Assembly (NCBI GenBank): GCA_964016885.1
Contig: OZ024744.1
Location: forward strand, 122,264,001 to 122,328,000
Reading direction: 5' to 3'
DNA: 64,000 nt
Source: Eledone cirrhosa
Taxonomy: Eukaryota
Shown: positions 1 through 17,200 of the stretch, piece after piece
Layout: each line of letters starts with the position of its first letter
How positions within the stretch are numbered: the first letter of the stretch is position 1
Notes under the pieces: model-generated
The model's database searches: none
Told to the model about the DNA's origin: nothing
What the model saw: only the letters and a program-made list of their open reading frames with translations
Made by a program: the position numbers and the translations under genes

Positions 1-3000
1 ACAACATCCATCACTACCTCTATTCCTCTCACCCAGTCACTTTTATACTTCCTCAACACATGACCCAACCATCTCACACTATCTCTCTTCACAACATCCA
101 TCACTACCTCTATTCCTCTCACCCAGTCACTTTCATACTTCCTCAACACATGACCCAATCATCTCACACTATCTCTCTTCACAATATCCATAACTACCTC
201 TATTCCTCTCACCCAGTCACTTTTATCCTTCCTCAACACATGACCTAACCATCTCACACTATCTCTCTTCACAACATCCATCACTACATCTGTTCCTCTC
301 ACCCAGTCACTTTTATACTTCATTCAACACATGACCCAACCATCTCACACTATCTCTCTTCACAACATCCATCACTACCTCGGTTCCTCTCAACCAGTCA
401 CTTTTATCCTTCCTCAACACATAACCCAACCATCTCACACTATCTCTCTTCACAACATCCATCACTACCTCTATTCCTCACACCCAGTCAGTTTCATACT
501 TCCTCAACAGATGACCTAACCATCTCACATTATCTCTCTTCACAACATCCATCACTACCTCTATTCCTCTCACCCAGTCACTTTCATACTTCCTCAACAC
601 ATGACCCAACCATCTCACACTATCTCTCTTCACAACATCCATCACTACCTCGGTTCCTCTCAACCAGTCACTTTTATCCTTCCTCAACACATAACCCAAC
701 CATCTCACACTATCTCTCTTCACAACATCCATCACTACCTCTATTCCTCACACCCAGTCAGTTTCATACTTCCTCAACAGATGACCTAACCATCTCACAT
801 TATCTCTCTTCACAACATCCTTCACTACCTCTGTTCCTCTCACCCAGTCACTTTAATACTTCCTCAACACATGACCTAACCATCTCACACTATCTCTCTT
901 CACAACGTCCATCACTACCTCTATTCCTCTCACCCAGTCACTTTCATACTTCCTCAACACATGACCCAACCATCTCACACTATCTCTCTTCACAACATCC
1001 ATCACTACATCTATTCCTCTCACCCAGTCACTTTTATACTTCCTCAACACATGACCCACCTATCTCACACTATCTCTCTTCACAACATCCATCACTACCT
1101 CTATTCCCCTCACCCAGTCAATTTCATACTGCCTCAACACATAACCCAACAATCTCTCACTATCTCTCTTCACAACATCCATCACTACCTCTATTCCTCT
1201 CACCCAGTCACTTTCATACTTCCTCAACACATGACCCAACCATCTCACACTATCTCTCTTCACAACATCCATCACTACCTCTATTCCTCTCACCCAGTCA
1301 CTTTTATCCTTCCTCAACACATGACCTAACCATCTGACACTATCTCTCTTCACAACATCCATCACTACATCTGTTCCTCTCACCCAGTCACTTTTATACT
1401 TCCTCAACACATGACCCAACCATCTCACACTATCTCTCTTCACAACATCCATCACTACATTTATTCCTCTCAGCCAGTCAATTTCATACTGCCTCAACAC
1501 ATGACCCAACCATCTCTCACTATCTCTCTTCACAACATCCATCACTACCTCTATTCCTCTCACCCAGTCACTTTCATACTTCCTTAACACATGACCCAAC
1601 CATCTCACACTATCTCTCTTCACAACATCCATCACTACCTCTATTCCTCTCACCCCGTCACTTTTATCCTTCCTCAACACATGACCTAACCATCTCACAC
1701 TATCTCTCTTCACAACATCCATCACTACCTCTATTCCTCTCACCCAGTCACTTTTATACTTCCTCAACACATGACCCAACCATCTTACACTATCTCTCTT
1801 CACAACATCCATCACTAACTCTATTCCTCTCACCCAGTCACTTTTATCCTTCCTCAACACATGACCTAACCATCTCACACTATCTCTCTTCACAACATCC
1901 ATCACTACCTCTATTCCTCTCACCCAGTCACTTTTATCCTTCCTCAACACATGACCCAACCATCTTACACTATCTCTCTTCACAACATCCATCACTACCT
2001 CTATTCCTCTCACCCAGTCACTTTCATACTTCCTCAACAGATGACCTAACCATCTCACACTATCTCTCTTCACAACATCCATCACTACCTCTATTCCTCT
2101 CACCCAGTCACTTTCATACTTCCTCAACACATAACCCAACCATCTCACAATATCTCTCTTCACAACATCCATCACTACCTCTATTCCTCACACCCAGTCA
2201 CTTTCATACTTCCTCAACACATGACCCACCTATCTCACACTATCTCTCTTCACAACATCCATCACTACCTCTATTCCCCTCACCCAGTCACTTTCATACT
2301 GCCTCAACACATGACCCAACAATCTCTCACTATCTCTCTTCACAACATCCATCACTACCTCTATTCCTCTCACCCAGTCACTTTCATACTTCCTCAACAC
2401 ATGACCCAACCATCTCACACTATCTCTCTTCACAACATCCATCACTACCTCTATTCCTCTCACCCAGTCACTTTTATCCTTCCTGAACACATGACCTAAC
2501 CATCTGACACTATCTCTCTTCACAACATCCATCACTACATCTGTTCCTCTCACCCAGTCACTTTTATACTTCCTCAACACATGACCCAACCATCTCACAC
2601 TATCTCTCTTCACAACATCCATCACTACATTTATTCCTCTCAGCCAGTCACTTTTATACTTCCTCAACACATGACCCAACCATCTCACACTATCTCTCTT
2701 CACAACATCCATCACTACCTCTATTCCTCTCACCCCGTCACTTTTATCCTTCCTCAACACATGACCTAACCATCTCACACTATCTCTCTTCACAACATCC
2801 ATCACTACCTCTATTCCTCTCACCCAGTCACTTTTATACTTCCTCAACACATGACCCAACCATCTCACACTATCTCTCTTCACAACATCCATCACTACCT
2901 CTATTCCTCTCACCCAGTCACTTTCATACTTCCTCAACACATGACCCAATCATCTCACACTATCTCTCTTCACAATATCCATAACTACCTCTATTCCTCT

Positions 3001-5260
3001 CACCCAGTCACTTTTATCCTTCCTCAACACATGACCTAACCATCTCACACTATCTCTCTTCACAACATCCATCACTACATCTGTTCCTCTCACCCAGTCA
3101 CTTTTATACTTCATTCAACACATGACCCAACCATCTCACACTATCTCTCTTCACAACATCCATCACTACCTCGGTTCCTCTCAACCAGTCACTTTTATCC
3201 TTCCTCAACACATAACCCAACCATCTCACACTATCTCTCTTCACAACATCCATCACTACCTCTATTCCTCACACCCAGTCAGTTTCATACTTCCTCAACA
3301 GATGACCTAACCATCTCACATTATCTCTCTTCACAACATCCATCACTACCTCTATTCCTCTCACCCAGTCACTATCATACTTCCTCAACACATGACCCAA
3401 CCATCTCACACTATCTCTCTTCACAACATCCATCACCACCTCTATTCCTCTCACCCAGTAACTTTTATCCTTCCTCAACACATGACCTAACCATCTGACA
3501 CTATCTCTCTTCACAACATCCATCACTACATCTGTTCCTCTCACCCAGTCACTTTTATACTTCCTCAACACATGACCCAACCATCTCACACTATCTCTCT
3601 TCACAACATCCATCACTACATTTATTCCTCTCAGCCAGTCAATTTCATACTGCCTCAACACATGACCCAACCATCTCTCACTATCTCTCTTCACAACATC
3701 CATCACTACCTCTATTCCTCTCACCCAGTCACTTTCATACTTCCTTAACACATGACCCAACCATCTCACACTATCTCTCTTCACAACATCCATCACTACC
3801 TCTATTCCTCTCACCCCGTCACTTTTATCCTTCCTCAACACATGACCTAACCATCTCACACTATCTCTCTTCACAACATCCATCACTACCTCTATTCCTC
3901 TCACCCAGTCACTTTTATACTTCCTCAACACATGACCCAACCATCTTACACTATCTCTCTTCACAACATCCATCACTAACTCTATTCCTCTCACCCAGTC
4001 ACTTTTATCCTTCCTCAACACATGACCTAACCATCTCACACTATCTCTCTTCACAACATCCATCACTACCTCTATTCCTCTCACCCAGTCACTTTTATCC
4101 TTCCTCAACACATGACCCAACCATCTTACACTATCTCTCTTCACAACATCCATCACTACCTCTATTCCTCTCACCCAGTCACTTTCATACTTCCTCAACA
4201 GATGACCTAACCATCTCACACTATCTCTCTTCACAACATCCATCACTACCTCTATTCCTCTCACCCAGTCACTTTCATACTTCCTCAACACATGACCCAA
4301 CCATCTCACAATATCTCTCTTCACAACATCCATCACTACCTCTATTCCTCACACCCAGTCACTTTCATACTTCCTCAACACATGACCCACCTATCTCACA
4401 CTATCTCTCTTCACAACATCCATCACTACCTCTATTCCCCTCACCCAGTCACTTTCATACTGCCTCAACACATGACCCAACAATCTCTCACTATCTCTCT
4501 TCACAACATCCATCACTACCTCTATTCCTCTCACCCAGTCACTTTCATACTTCCTCAACACATGACCCAACCATCTCACACTATCTCTCTTCACAACATC
4601 CATCACTACCTCTATTCCTCTCACCCAGTCACTTTTATCCTTCCTGAACACATGACCTAACCATCTGACACTATCTCTCTTCACAACATCCATCACTACA
4701 TCTGTTCCTCTCACCCAGTCACTTTTATACTTCCTCAACACATGACCCAACCATCTCACACTATCTCTCTTCACAACATCCATCACTACATTTATTCCTC
4801 TCAGCCAGTCACTTTTATCCTTCCTCAACACATGACCTAACCATCTGACACTATCTCTCTTCACAACATCCATCACTACATCTGTTCCTCTCACCCAGTC
4901 ACTTTTATACTTCCTCAACACATGACCCAACCATCTCACACTATCTCTCTTCACAACATCCATCACTACCTCGGTTCCTCTCAACCAGTCACTTTTATCC
5001 TTCCTCAACACATAACCCAACCATCTCACACTATCTCTCTTCACAACATCCATCACTACCTCTATTCCTCACACCCAGTCAGTTTCATACTTCCTCAACA
5101 GATGACCTAACCATCTCACATTATCTCTCTTCACAACATCCATCACTACCTCTGTTCCTCTCACCCAGTCACTTTAATACTTCCTCAACACATGACCTAA
5201 CCATCTCACACTATCTCTCTTCACAACGTCCATCACTACCTCTATTCCTCTCACCCAGTC
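1..5260. repeat. Left-end HOR segment with 2791-bp (31-mer+1) and 2161-bp (24-mer+1) spacings
   Basis: The 1-bp insertion variant 'tcattcaacac' occurs at about 322 and 3113. Identical ORFs lie at 60 and 2851 (2791 apart) and at 331 and 3122. Matching minus-strand ORF ends lie at 2230 and 4391 (2161 apart). Confidence 0.75.
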
Positions 5261-5264
5261 ACTT

Positions 5265-8200
5265 TCATACTTCCTCAACACATGACCCAACCATCTCACA
5301 CTCTCTCTTCACAACATCCATCACTACCTCTATTCCTCTCAGCCAGTCACTTTCATACTTCCTCAACACATGACCCAACCATCTCACACTATCTCTCTTC
5401 ACAACATCCATCACTACCTCTATTCCTCTCACCCAGTCACTTTTATCCTTCCTCAACACATGACCTAACCATCTCACACTATCTCTCTTCACAGCATCCA
5501 TCATTACCTCTATTGCTCTCACCCAGTCACTTTCATACTTCCTCAACACATGACCCAACCATCTCTCACTATCTCTCTTCACAACATCCATCATTACCTC
5601 TATTGCTCTCACCCAGTCACTTTCATACTTCCTCAACACATGACCCAACCATCTCATACTATCTCTCTTCACAACATCCATCACTACCTCTATTCCTCTC
5701 ACCCAGTCACTTTTATCCTTCCTCAACACATGACCCAACCATCTCACACTATCTCTCTTCACAACATCCATCACTACCTCTATTCCTCTCACCCAGTCAC
5801 TTTTATCCTTCCTCAACACATGACTAAACCATCTCACACTATCTCTCTTCACAACATCCATCACTACCTCTATTCCTCTCACCCAGTCACTTTCATACTG
5901 CCTCAACCCATGACCCAACCATCTCACACTATCTCTCTTCACAACATCCATCACTACATCTGTTCCTCTCACCCAGTCACTTTTATACTTCCTCAACACA
6001 TGACCCAACCATCTCACACTATCTCTCTTCACAACATCCAACACTACCTCCATTCCTCTCACCAAGTCACTTTTATCCTTCCTCAACACATGACCCAACC
6101 ATCTTACACTATCTCTCTTCACAACATCCATCACTACCTCTATTCCTCTCAACCAGTCACTTTTATCCTTCCTCAACACATGACCCAACCATCTCACACT
6201 ATCTCTCTTCACAACATCCATCACTACCTCTATTCCTCTCACCCAGTCACTTTCATACTTCCTCAACAGATGACCTAACCATCTCACACTATCTCTCTTC
6301 ACAACATCCATCACTACCTCTATTCCTCTCACCCAGTCACTTTCATACTTCCTCAACACATGACCCAACCATCTCACACTATCTCTCTTCACAACATCCA
6401 TCACTACCTCTATTCCTCTCACCCAGTAACTTTCATACTTCCTCAACACATGACCCAACCATCTCACACTATCTCTCTTCACAACATCCATCACTACCTC
6501 TGTTCCTCTCAACCAGTCACTTTTATCCTTCCTCAACACATGACCCAACCATCTCACACTATCTCTCTTCACAACATCCATCACTACCTTTATTCCTCTC
6601 AGCCAGTCAATTTCATACTTCCTCAACACATGACCCAACCATCTCACACTATCTCTCTTCACAACATCTATCACTACCTCTATTCCTCTCACCCAGTCAC
6701 TTTCATACTTCCTCAACACATGACCCAACCATCTCTCACTATTTCTCTTCACAGCATCCATCACTAACTCTATTCCTCTCAGCCAGTCACTTTCATACTT
6801 CCTCAACACATGACCCAACCATCTTACACTATCTCTCTTCACAACATCCATCACTAACTCTATTCCTCTCACCCAGTCACTTTTATCCTTCCTCAACACA
6901 TGACCTAACCATCTCACACTATCTCTCTTCACAACATCCATCATTACTTCTATTGCTCTCACCCAGTCACTTTCATACTTCCTCAACACATGACCCAACC
7001 TTCTCACACTATCTCTCTTCACAACATCCATCACTACCTCTATTCCTCTCACCCAGTCACTTTCATACTTCCTCAACACATGACCCAACCATCTCACACT
7101 ATCTCTCTTCACAACATCCATCACTACATCTGTTCCTCTCACCCAGTCACTTTTATACTTCCTCAACACATGACCCAACCATCTCACACTATCTCTCTTC
7201 ACAACATCCATCACTACCTCTATTCCTCTCACCCAGTCACTTTTATCCTTCCTCAACACGTGACCCAACCATCTTACACTATCTCTCTTCACAACATCCA
7301 TCACTACCTCTATTCCTCTCACCCAGTCACTTTCATACTTCCTCAACAGATGACCTAACCATCTCACACTATCTCTCTTCACAACATCCATCACTACCTC
7401 TATTCCTCTCACCCAGTCACTTTCATACTTCCTCAACACATGACCCAACCATCTCACACTATCTCTCTTCACAACATCCATCACTACCTCTATTCCTCAC
7501 ACCCAGTCACTTTTATCCTTCCTCAATACATGACCCAACCATCTCACACTATCTCTCTTCACAACATCCATCACTACCTCTATTCCGCTCACCCAGTCAC
7601 TTTCATACTTCCTCAACACATGACCCACCTATCTCACACTATCTCTCTTCACAACATCCATCACTACCTCTATTCCCTTCACCCAGTCACTTTCATACTG
7701 CCTCAACACACAACCCAACAATCTCTCACTATCTCTCTTCACAACATCCATCACTACCTCTATTCCTCTCACCCAGTCACTTTCATACTTCCTCAACACA
7801 TGACCCAACCATCTCACACTATCTCTCTTCACAACATCCATCACTACCTCTATTCCTCTCACCCAGTCACTTTTATCCTTCCTCAACACATGACCTAACC
7901 ATCTGACACTATCTCTCTTCACAACATCCATCACTACCTCTGTTCCTCTCACCCAGTCACTTTTATCCTTCCTCAACACATGACCTAACCATCTGACACT
8001 ATCTCTCTTCACAACATCCATCACTACATCTGTTCCTCTCACCCAGTCACTTTTATACTTCCTCAACACATGACCAAACCATCTCACACTATCTCTCTTG
8101 ACAACATCCATCACTACATTTATTCCTCTCAGCCAGTCACTTTCATACTTCCTCAACACATGACCCAACCATCTCACACTCTCTCTTCACAACATCCATC

Positions 8201-11200
8201 ACTACCTCTGTTCCTCTCAGCCAGTCACTTTCATACTTCCTCAACACATGACCCAACCATCTCACACTATCTCTCTTCACAACATCCATCACTACCTCTA
8301 TTCCTCTCACCCAGTCACTTTTATCCTTCCTCAACACATGACCTAACCATCTCACACTATCTCTCTTCACAGCATCCATCATTACCTCTATTGCTCTCAC
8401 CCAGTCACTTTCATACTTCCTCAACACATGACCCAACCATCTCACACTATCTCTTCACAACATCCATCACTACCTCTATTCCTCTCACCCAGTCACTTTC
8501 ATACTTCCTCAACACATGACCCAATCATCTCACACTATCTCTCTTCACAATATCCATAACTACCTCTATTCCTCTCACCCAGTCACTTTTATCCTTCCTC
8601 AACACATGACCTAACCATCTGACACTATCTCTCTTCACAACATCCATCACTACATCTGTTCCTCTCACCCAGTCACTTTTATACTTCCTCAACACATGAC
8701 CCAACCATCTCACACTATCTCTCTTCACAACATCCATCACTACCTCGGTTCCTCTCAACCAGTCACTTTTATCCTTCCTCAACACATAACCCAACCATCT
8801 CACACTATCTCTCTTCACAACATCCATCACTACCTCTATTCCTCACACCCAGTCAGTTTCATACTTCCTCAACAGATGACCTAACCATCTCACATTATCT
8901 CTCTTCACAACATCCATCACTACCTCTGTTCCTCTCACCCAGTCACTTTAATACTTCCTCAACACATGACCTAACCATCTCACACTATCTCTCTTCACAA
9001 CGTCCATCACTACCTCTATTCCTCTCACCCAGTCACTTTCATACTTCCTCAACACATGACCCAACCATCTCACACTCTCTCTTCACAACATCCATCACTA
9101 CCTCTATTCCTCTCAGCCAGTCACTTTCATACTTCCTCAACACATGACCCAACCATCTCACACTATCTCTCTTCACAACATCCATCACTACCTCTATTCC
9201 TCTCACCCAGTCACTTTTATCCTTCCTCAACACATGACCTAACCATCTCACACTATCTCTCTTCACAGCATCCATCATTACCTCTATTGCTCTCACCCAG
9301 TCACTTTCATACTTCCTCAACACATGACCCAACCATCTCTCACTATCTCTCTTCACAACATCCATCATTACCTCTATTGCTCTCACCCAGTCACTTTCAT
9401 ACTTCCTCAACACATGACCCAACCATCTCATACTATCTCTCTTCACAACATCCATCACTACCTCTATTCCTCTCACCCAGTCACTTTTATCCTTCCTCAA
9501 CACATGACCCAACCATCTCACACTATCTCTCTTCACAACATCCATCACTACCTCTATTCCTCTCACCCAGTCACTTTTATCCTTCCTCAACACATGACTA
9601 AACCATCTCACACTATCTCTCTTCACAACATCCATCACTACCTCTATTCCTCTCACCCAGTCACTTTCATACTGCCTCAACCCATGACCCAACCATCTCA
9701 CACTATCTCTCTTCACAACATCCATCACTACATCTGTTCCTCTCACCCAGTCACTTTTATACTTCCTCAACACATGACCCAACCATCTCACACTATCTCT
9801 CTTCACAACATCCAACACTACCTCCATTCCTCTCACCAAGTCACTTTTATCCTTCCTCAACACATGACCCAACCATCTTACACTATCTCTCTTCACAACA
9901 TCCATCACTACCTCTATTCCTCTCAACCAGTCACTTTTATCCTTCCTCAACACATGACCCAACCATCTCACACTATCTCTCTTCACAACATCCATCACTA
10001 CCTCTATTCCTCTCACCCAGTCACTTTCATACTTCCTCAACACATGACCCAATCATCTCACACTATCTCTCTTCACAATATCCATAACTACCTCTATTCC
10101 TCTCACCCAGTCACTTTTATCCTTCCTCAACACATGACCTAACCATCTGACACTATCTCTCTTCACAACATCCATCACTACATCTGTTCCTCTCACCCAG
10201 TCACTTTTATACTTCCTCAACACATGACCCAACCATCTCACACTATCTCTCTTCACAACATCCATCACTACCTCGGTTCCTCTCAACCAGTCACTTTTAT
10301 CCTTCCTCAACACATAACCCAACCATCTCACACTATCTCTCTTCACAACATCCATCACTACCTCTATTCCTCACACCCAGTCAGTTTCATACTTCCTCAA
10401 CAGATGACCTAACCATCTCACATTATCTCTCTTCACAACATCCATCACTACCTCTGTTCCTCTCACCCAGTCACTTTAATACTTCCTCAACACATGACCT
10501 AACCATCTCACACTATCTCTCTTCACAACGTCCATCACTACCTCTATTCCTCTCACCCAGTCACTTTCATACTTCCTCAACACATGACCCAACCATCTCA
10601 CACTCTCTCTTCACAACATCCATCACTACCTCTATTCCTCTCAGCCAGTCACTTTCATACTTCCTCAACACATGACCCAACCATCTCACACTATCTCTCT
10701 TCACAACATCCATCACTACCTCTATTCCTCTCACCCAGTCACTTTTATCCTTCCTCAACACATGACCTAACCATCTCACACTATCTCTCTTCACAGCATC
10801 CATCATTACCTCTATTGCTCTCACCCAGTCACTTTCATACTTCCTCAACACATGACCCAACCATCTCTCACTATCTCTCTTCACAACATCCATCATTACC
10901 TCTATTGCTCTCACCCAGTCACTTTCATACTTCCTCAACACATGACCCAACCATCTCATACTATCTCTCTTCACAACATCCATCACTACCTCTATTCCTC
11001 TCACCCAGTCACTTTTATCCTTCCTCAACACATGACCCAACCATCTCACACTATCTCTCTTCACAACATCCATCACTACCTCTATTCCTCTCACCCAGTC
11101 ACTTTTATCCTTCCTCAACACATGACTAAACCATCTCACACTATCTCTCTTCACAACATCCATCACTACCTCTATTCCTCTCACCCAGTCACTTTCATAC

Positions 11201-14200
11201 TGCCTCAACCCATGACCCAACCATCTCACACTATCTCTCTTCACAACATCCATCACTACATCTGTTCCTCTCACCCAGTCACTTTTATACTTCCTCAACA
11301 CATGACCCAACCATCTCACACTATCTCTCTTCACAACATCCAACACTACCTCCATTCCTCTCACCAAGTCACTTTTATCCTTCCTCAACACATGACCCAA
11401 CCATCTTACACTATCTCTCTTCACAACATCCATCACTACCTCTATTCCTCTCAACCAGTCACTTTTATCCTTCCTCAACACATTACCCAACCATCTCACA
11501 CTATCTCTCTTCACAACATCCATCACTACCTCTATTCCTCTCACCCAGTCACTTTCATACTTCCTCAACAGATGACCTAACCATCTCACACTATCTCTCT
11601 TCACAACATCCATCACTACCTCTATTCCTCTCACCCAGTCACTTTCATACTTCCTCAACACATGACCCAACCATCTCACACTATCTCTCTTCACAACATC
11701 CATCACTACCTCTATTCCTCTCACCCAGTAACTTTCATACTTCCTCAACACATGACCCAACCATCTCACACTATCTCTCTTCACAACATCCATCACTACC
11801 TCTGTTCCTCTCAACCAGTCACTTTTATCCTTCCTCAACACATGACCCAACCATCTCACACTATCTCTCTTCACAACATCCATCACTACCTTTATTCCTC
11901 TCAGCCAGTCAATTTCATACTTCCTCAACACATGACCCAACCATCTCACACTATCTCTCTTCACAACATCTATCACTACCTCTATTCCTCTCACCCAGTC
12001 ACTTTCATACTTCCTCAACACATGACCCAACCATCTCTCACTATTTCTCTTCACAGCATCCATCACTAACTCTATTCCTCTCAGCCAGTCACTTTCAAAC
12101 TTCCTCAACACATGACCCAACCATCTTACACTATCTCTCTTCACAACATCCATCACTAACTCTATTCCTCTCACCCAGTCACTTTTATCCTTCCTCAACA
12201 CATGACCTAACCATCTCACACTATCTCTCTTCACAACATCCATCATTACTTCTATTGCTCTCACCCAGTCACTTTCATACTTCCTCAACACATGACCCAA
12301 CCTTCTCACACTATCTCTCTTCACAACATCCATCACTACCTCTATTCCTCTCACCCAGTCACTTTCATACTTCCTCAACACATGACCCAACCATCTCACA
12401 CTATCTCTCTTCACAACATCCATCACTACATCTGTTCCTCTCACCCAGTCACTTTTATACTTCCTCAACACATGACCCAACCATCTCACACTATCTCTCT
12501 TCACAACATCCATCACTACCTCTATTCCTCTCACCCAGTCACTTTTATCCTTCCTCAACACGTGACCCAACCATCTTACACTATCTCTCTTCACAACATC
12601 CATCACTACCTCTATTCCTCTCACCCAGTCACTTTCATACTTCCTCAACAGATGACCTAACCATCTCACACTATCTCTCTTCACAACATCCATCACTACC
12701 TCTATTCCTCTCACCCAGTCACTTTCATACTTCCTCAACACATGACCCAACCATCTCACACTATCTCTCTTCACAACATCCATCACTACCTCTATTCCTC
12801 ACACCCAGTCACTTTTATCCTTCCTCAATACATGACCCAACCATCTCACACTATCTCTCTTCACAACATCCATCACTACCTCTATTCCGCTCACCCAGTC
12901 ACTTTCATACTTCCTCAACACATGACCCACCTATCTCACACTATCTCTCTTCACAACATCCATCACTACCTCTATTCCCTTCACCCAGTCACTTTCATAC
13001 TGCCTCAACACACAACCCAACAATCTCTCACTATCTCTCTTCACAACATCCATCACTACCTCTATTCCTCTCACCCAGTCACTTTCATACTTCCTCAACA
13101 CATGACCCAACCATCTCACACTATCTCTCTTCACAACATCCATCACTACCTCTATTCCTCTCACCCAGTCACTTTTATCCTTCCTCAACACATGACCTAA
13201 CCATCTGACACTATCTCTCTTCACAACATCCATCACTACCTCTGTTCCTCTCACCCAGTCACTTTTATCCTTCCTCAACACATGACCTAACCATCTGACA
13301 CTATCTCTCTTCACAACATCCATCACTACATCTGTTCCTCTCACCCAGTCACTTTTATACTTCCTCAACACATGACCAAACCATCTCACACTATCTCTCT
13401 TGACAACATCCATCACTACATTTATTCCTCTCAGCCAGTCACTTTCATACTTCCTCAACACATGACCCAACCATCTCACACTCTCTCTTCACAACATCCA
13501 TCACTACCTCTGTTCCTCTCAGCCAGTCACTTTCATACTTCCTCAACACATGACCCAACCATCTCACACTATCTCTCTTCACAACATCCATCACTACCTC
13601 TATTCCTCTCACCCAGTCACTTTTATCCTTCCTCAACACATGACCTAACCATCTCACACTATCTCTCTTCACAGCATCCATCATTACCTCTATTGCTCTC
13701 ACCCAGTCACTTTCATACTTCCTCAACACATGACCCAACCATCTCACACTATCTCTTCACAACATCCATCACTACCTCTATTCCTCTCACCCAGTCACTT
13801 TCATACTTCCTCAACACATGACCCAATCATCTCACACTATCTCTCTTCACAATATCCATAACTACCTCTATTCCTCTCACCCAGTCACTTTTATCCTTCC
13901 TCAACACATGACCTAACCATCTGACACTATCTCTCTTCACAACATCCATCACTACATCTGTTCCTCTCACCCAGTCACTTTTATACTTCCTCAACACATG
14001 ACCCAACCATCTCACACTATCTCTCTTCACAACATCCATCACTACCTCGGTTCCTCTCAACCAGTCACTTTTATCCTTCCTCAACACATAACCCAACCAT
14101 CTCACACTATCTCTCTTCACAACATCCATCACTACCTCTATTCCTCACACCCAGTCAGTTTCATACTTCCTCAACAGATGACCTAACCATCTCACATTAT

Positions 14201-17200
14201 CTCTCTTCACAACATCCATCACTACCTCTGTTCCTCTCACCCAGTCACTTTAATACTTCCTCAACACATGACCTAACCATCTCACACTATCTCTCTTCAC
14301 AACGTCCATCACTACCTCTATTCCTCTCACCCAGTCACTTTCATACTTCCTCAACACATGACCCAACCATCTCACACTCTCTCTTCACAACATCCATCAC
14401 TACCTCTATTCCTCTCAGCCAGTCACTTTCATACTTCCTCAACACATGACCCAACCATCTCACACTATCTCTCTTCACAACATCCATCACTACCTCTATT
14501 CCTCTCACCCAGTCACTTTTATCCTTCCTCAACACATGACCTAACCATCTCACACTATCTCTCTTCACAGCATCCATCATTACCTCTATTGCTCTCACCC
14601 AGTCACTTTCATACTTCCTCAACACATGACCCAACCATCTCTCACTATCTCTCTTCACAACATCCATCATTACCTCTATTGCTCTCACCCAGTCACTTTC
14701 ATACTTCCTCAACACATGACCCAACCATCTCATACTATCTCTCTTCACAACATCCATCACTACCTCTATTCCTCTCACCCAGTCACTTTTATCCTTCCTC
14801 AACACATGACCCAACCATCTCACACTATCTCTCTTCACAACATCCATCACTACCTCTATTCCTCTCACCCAGTCACTTTTATCCTTCCTCAACACATGAC
14901 TAAACCATCTCACACTATCTCTCTTCACAACATCCATCACTACCTCTATTTCTCTCACCCAGTCACTTTCATACTGCCTCAACCCATGACCCAACCATCT
15001 CACACTATCTCTCTTCACAACATCCATCACTACATCTGTTCCTCTCACCCAGTCACTTTTATACTTCCTCAACACATGACCCAACCATCTCACACTATCT
15101 CTCTTCACAACATCCAACACTACCTCCATTCCTCTCACCAAGTCACTTTTATCCTTCCTCAACACATGACCCAACCATCTTACACTATCTCTCTTCACAA
15201 CATCCATCACTACCTCTATTCCTCTCAACCAGTCACTTTTATCCTTCCTCAACACATGACCCAACCATCTCACACTATCTCTCTTCACAACATCCATCAC
15301 TACCTCTATTCCTCTCACCCAGTCACTTTCATACTTCCTCAACAGATGACCTAACCATCTCACACTATCTCTCTTCACAACATCCATCACTACCTCTATT
15401 CCTCTCACCCAGTCACTTTCATACTTCCTCAACACATGACCCAACCATCTCACACTATCTCTCTTCACAACATCCATCACTACCTCTATTCCTCTCACCC
15501 AGTCACTTTCATACTTCCTCAACACATGACCCAACCATCTCACACTATCTCTCTTCACAACATCCATCACTACCTCTGTTCCTCTCAACCAGTCACTTTT
15601 ATCCTTCCTCAACACATGACCCAACCATCTCACACTATCTCTCTTCACAACATCCATCACTACCTTTATTCCTCTCAGCCAGTCAATTTCATACTTCCTC
15701 AACACATGACCCAACCATCTCACACTATCTCTCTTCACAACATCTATCACTACCTCTATTCCTCTCACCCAGTCACTTTCATACTTCCTCAACACATGAC
15801 CCAACCATCTCTCACTATTTCTCTTCACAGCATCCATCACTAACTCTATTCCTCTCAGCCAGTCACTTTCATACTTCCTCAACACATGACCCAACCATCT
15901 TACACTATCTCTCTTCACAACATCCATCACTAACTCTATTCCTCTCACCCAGTCACTTTTATCCTTCCTCAACACATGACCTAACCATCTCACACTATCT
16001 CTCTTCACAACATCCATCATTACTTCTATTGCTCTCACCCAGTCACTTTCATACTTCCTCAACACATGACCCAACCTTCTCACACTATCTCTCTTCACAA
16101 CATCCATCACTACCTCTATTCCTCTCACCCAGTCACTTTCATACTTCCTCAACACATGACCCAACCATCTCACACTATCTCTCTTCACAACATCCATCAC
16201 TACATCTGTTCCTCTCACCCAGTCACTTTTATACTTCCTCAACACATGACCCAACCATCTCACACTATCTCTCTTCACAACATCCATCACTACCTCTATT
16301 CCTCTCACCCAGTCACTTTTATCCTTCCTCAACACATGACCCAACCATCTTACACTATCTCTCTTCACAACATCCATCACTACCTCTATTCCTCTCACCC
16401 AGTCACTTTCATACTTCCTCAACAGATGACCTAACCATCTCACACTATCTCTCTTCACAACATCCATCACTACCTCTATTCCTCTCACCCAGTCACTTTC
16501 ATACTTCCTCAACACATGACCCAACCATCTCACACTATCTCTCTTCACAACATCCATCACTACCTCTATTCCTCACACCCAGTCACTTTTATCCTTCCTC
16601 AATACATGACCCAACCATCTCACACTATCTCTCTTCACAACATCCATCACTACCTCTATTCCGCTCACCCAGTCACTTTCGTACTTCCTCAACACATGAC
16701 CCACCTATCTCACACTATCTCTCTTCACAACATCCATCACTACCTCTATTCCCTTCACCCAGTCACTTTCATACTGCCTCAACACATAACCCAACAATCT
16801 CTCACTATCTCTCTTCACAACATCCATCACTACCTCTATTCCTCTCACCCAGTCACTTTCATACTTCCTCAACACATGACCCAACCATCTCACACTATCT
16901 CTCTTCACAACATCCATCACTACCTCTATTCCTCTCACCCAGTCACTTTTATCCTTCCTCAACACATGACCTAACCATCTGACACTATCTCTCTTCACAA
17001 CATCCATCACTACCTCTGTTCCTCTCACCCAGTCACTTTTATCCTTCCTCAACACATGACCTAACCATCTGACACTATCTCTCTTCACAACATCCATCAC
17101 TACATCTGTTCCTCTCACCCAGTCACTTTTATACTTCCTCAACACATGACCAAACCATCTCACACTATCTCTCTTGACAACATCCATCACTACATTTATT

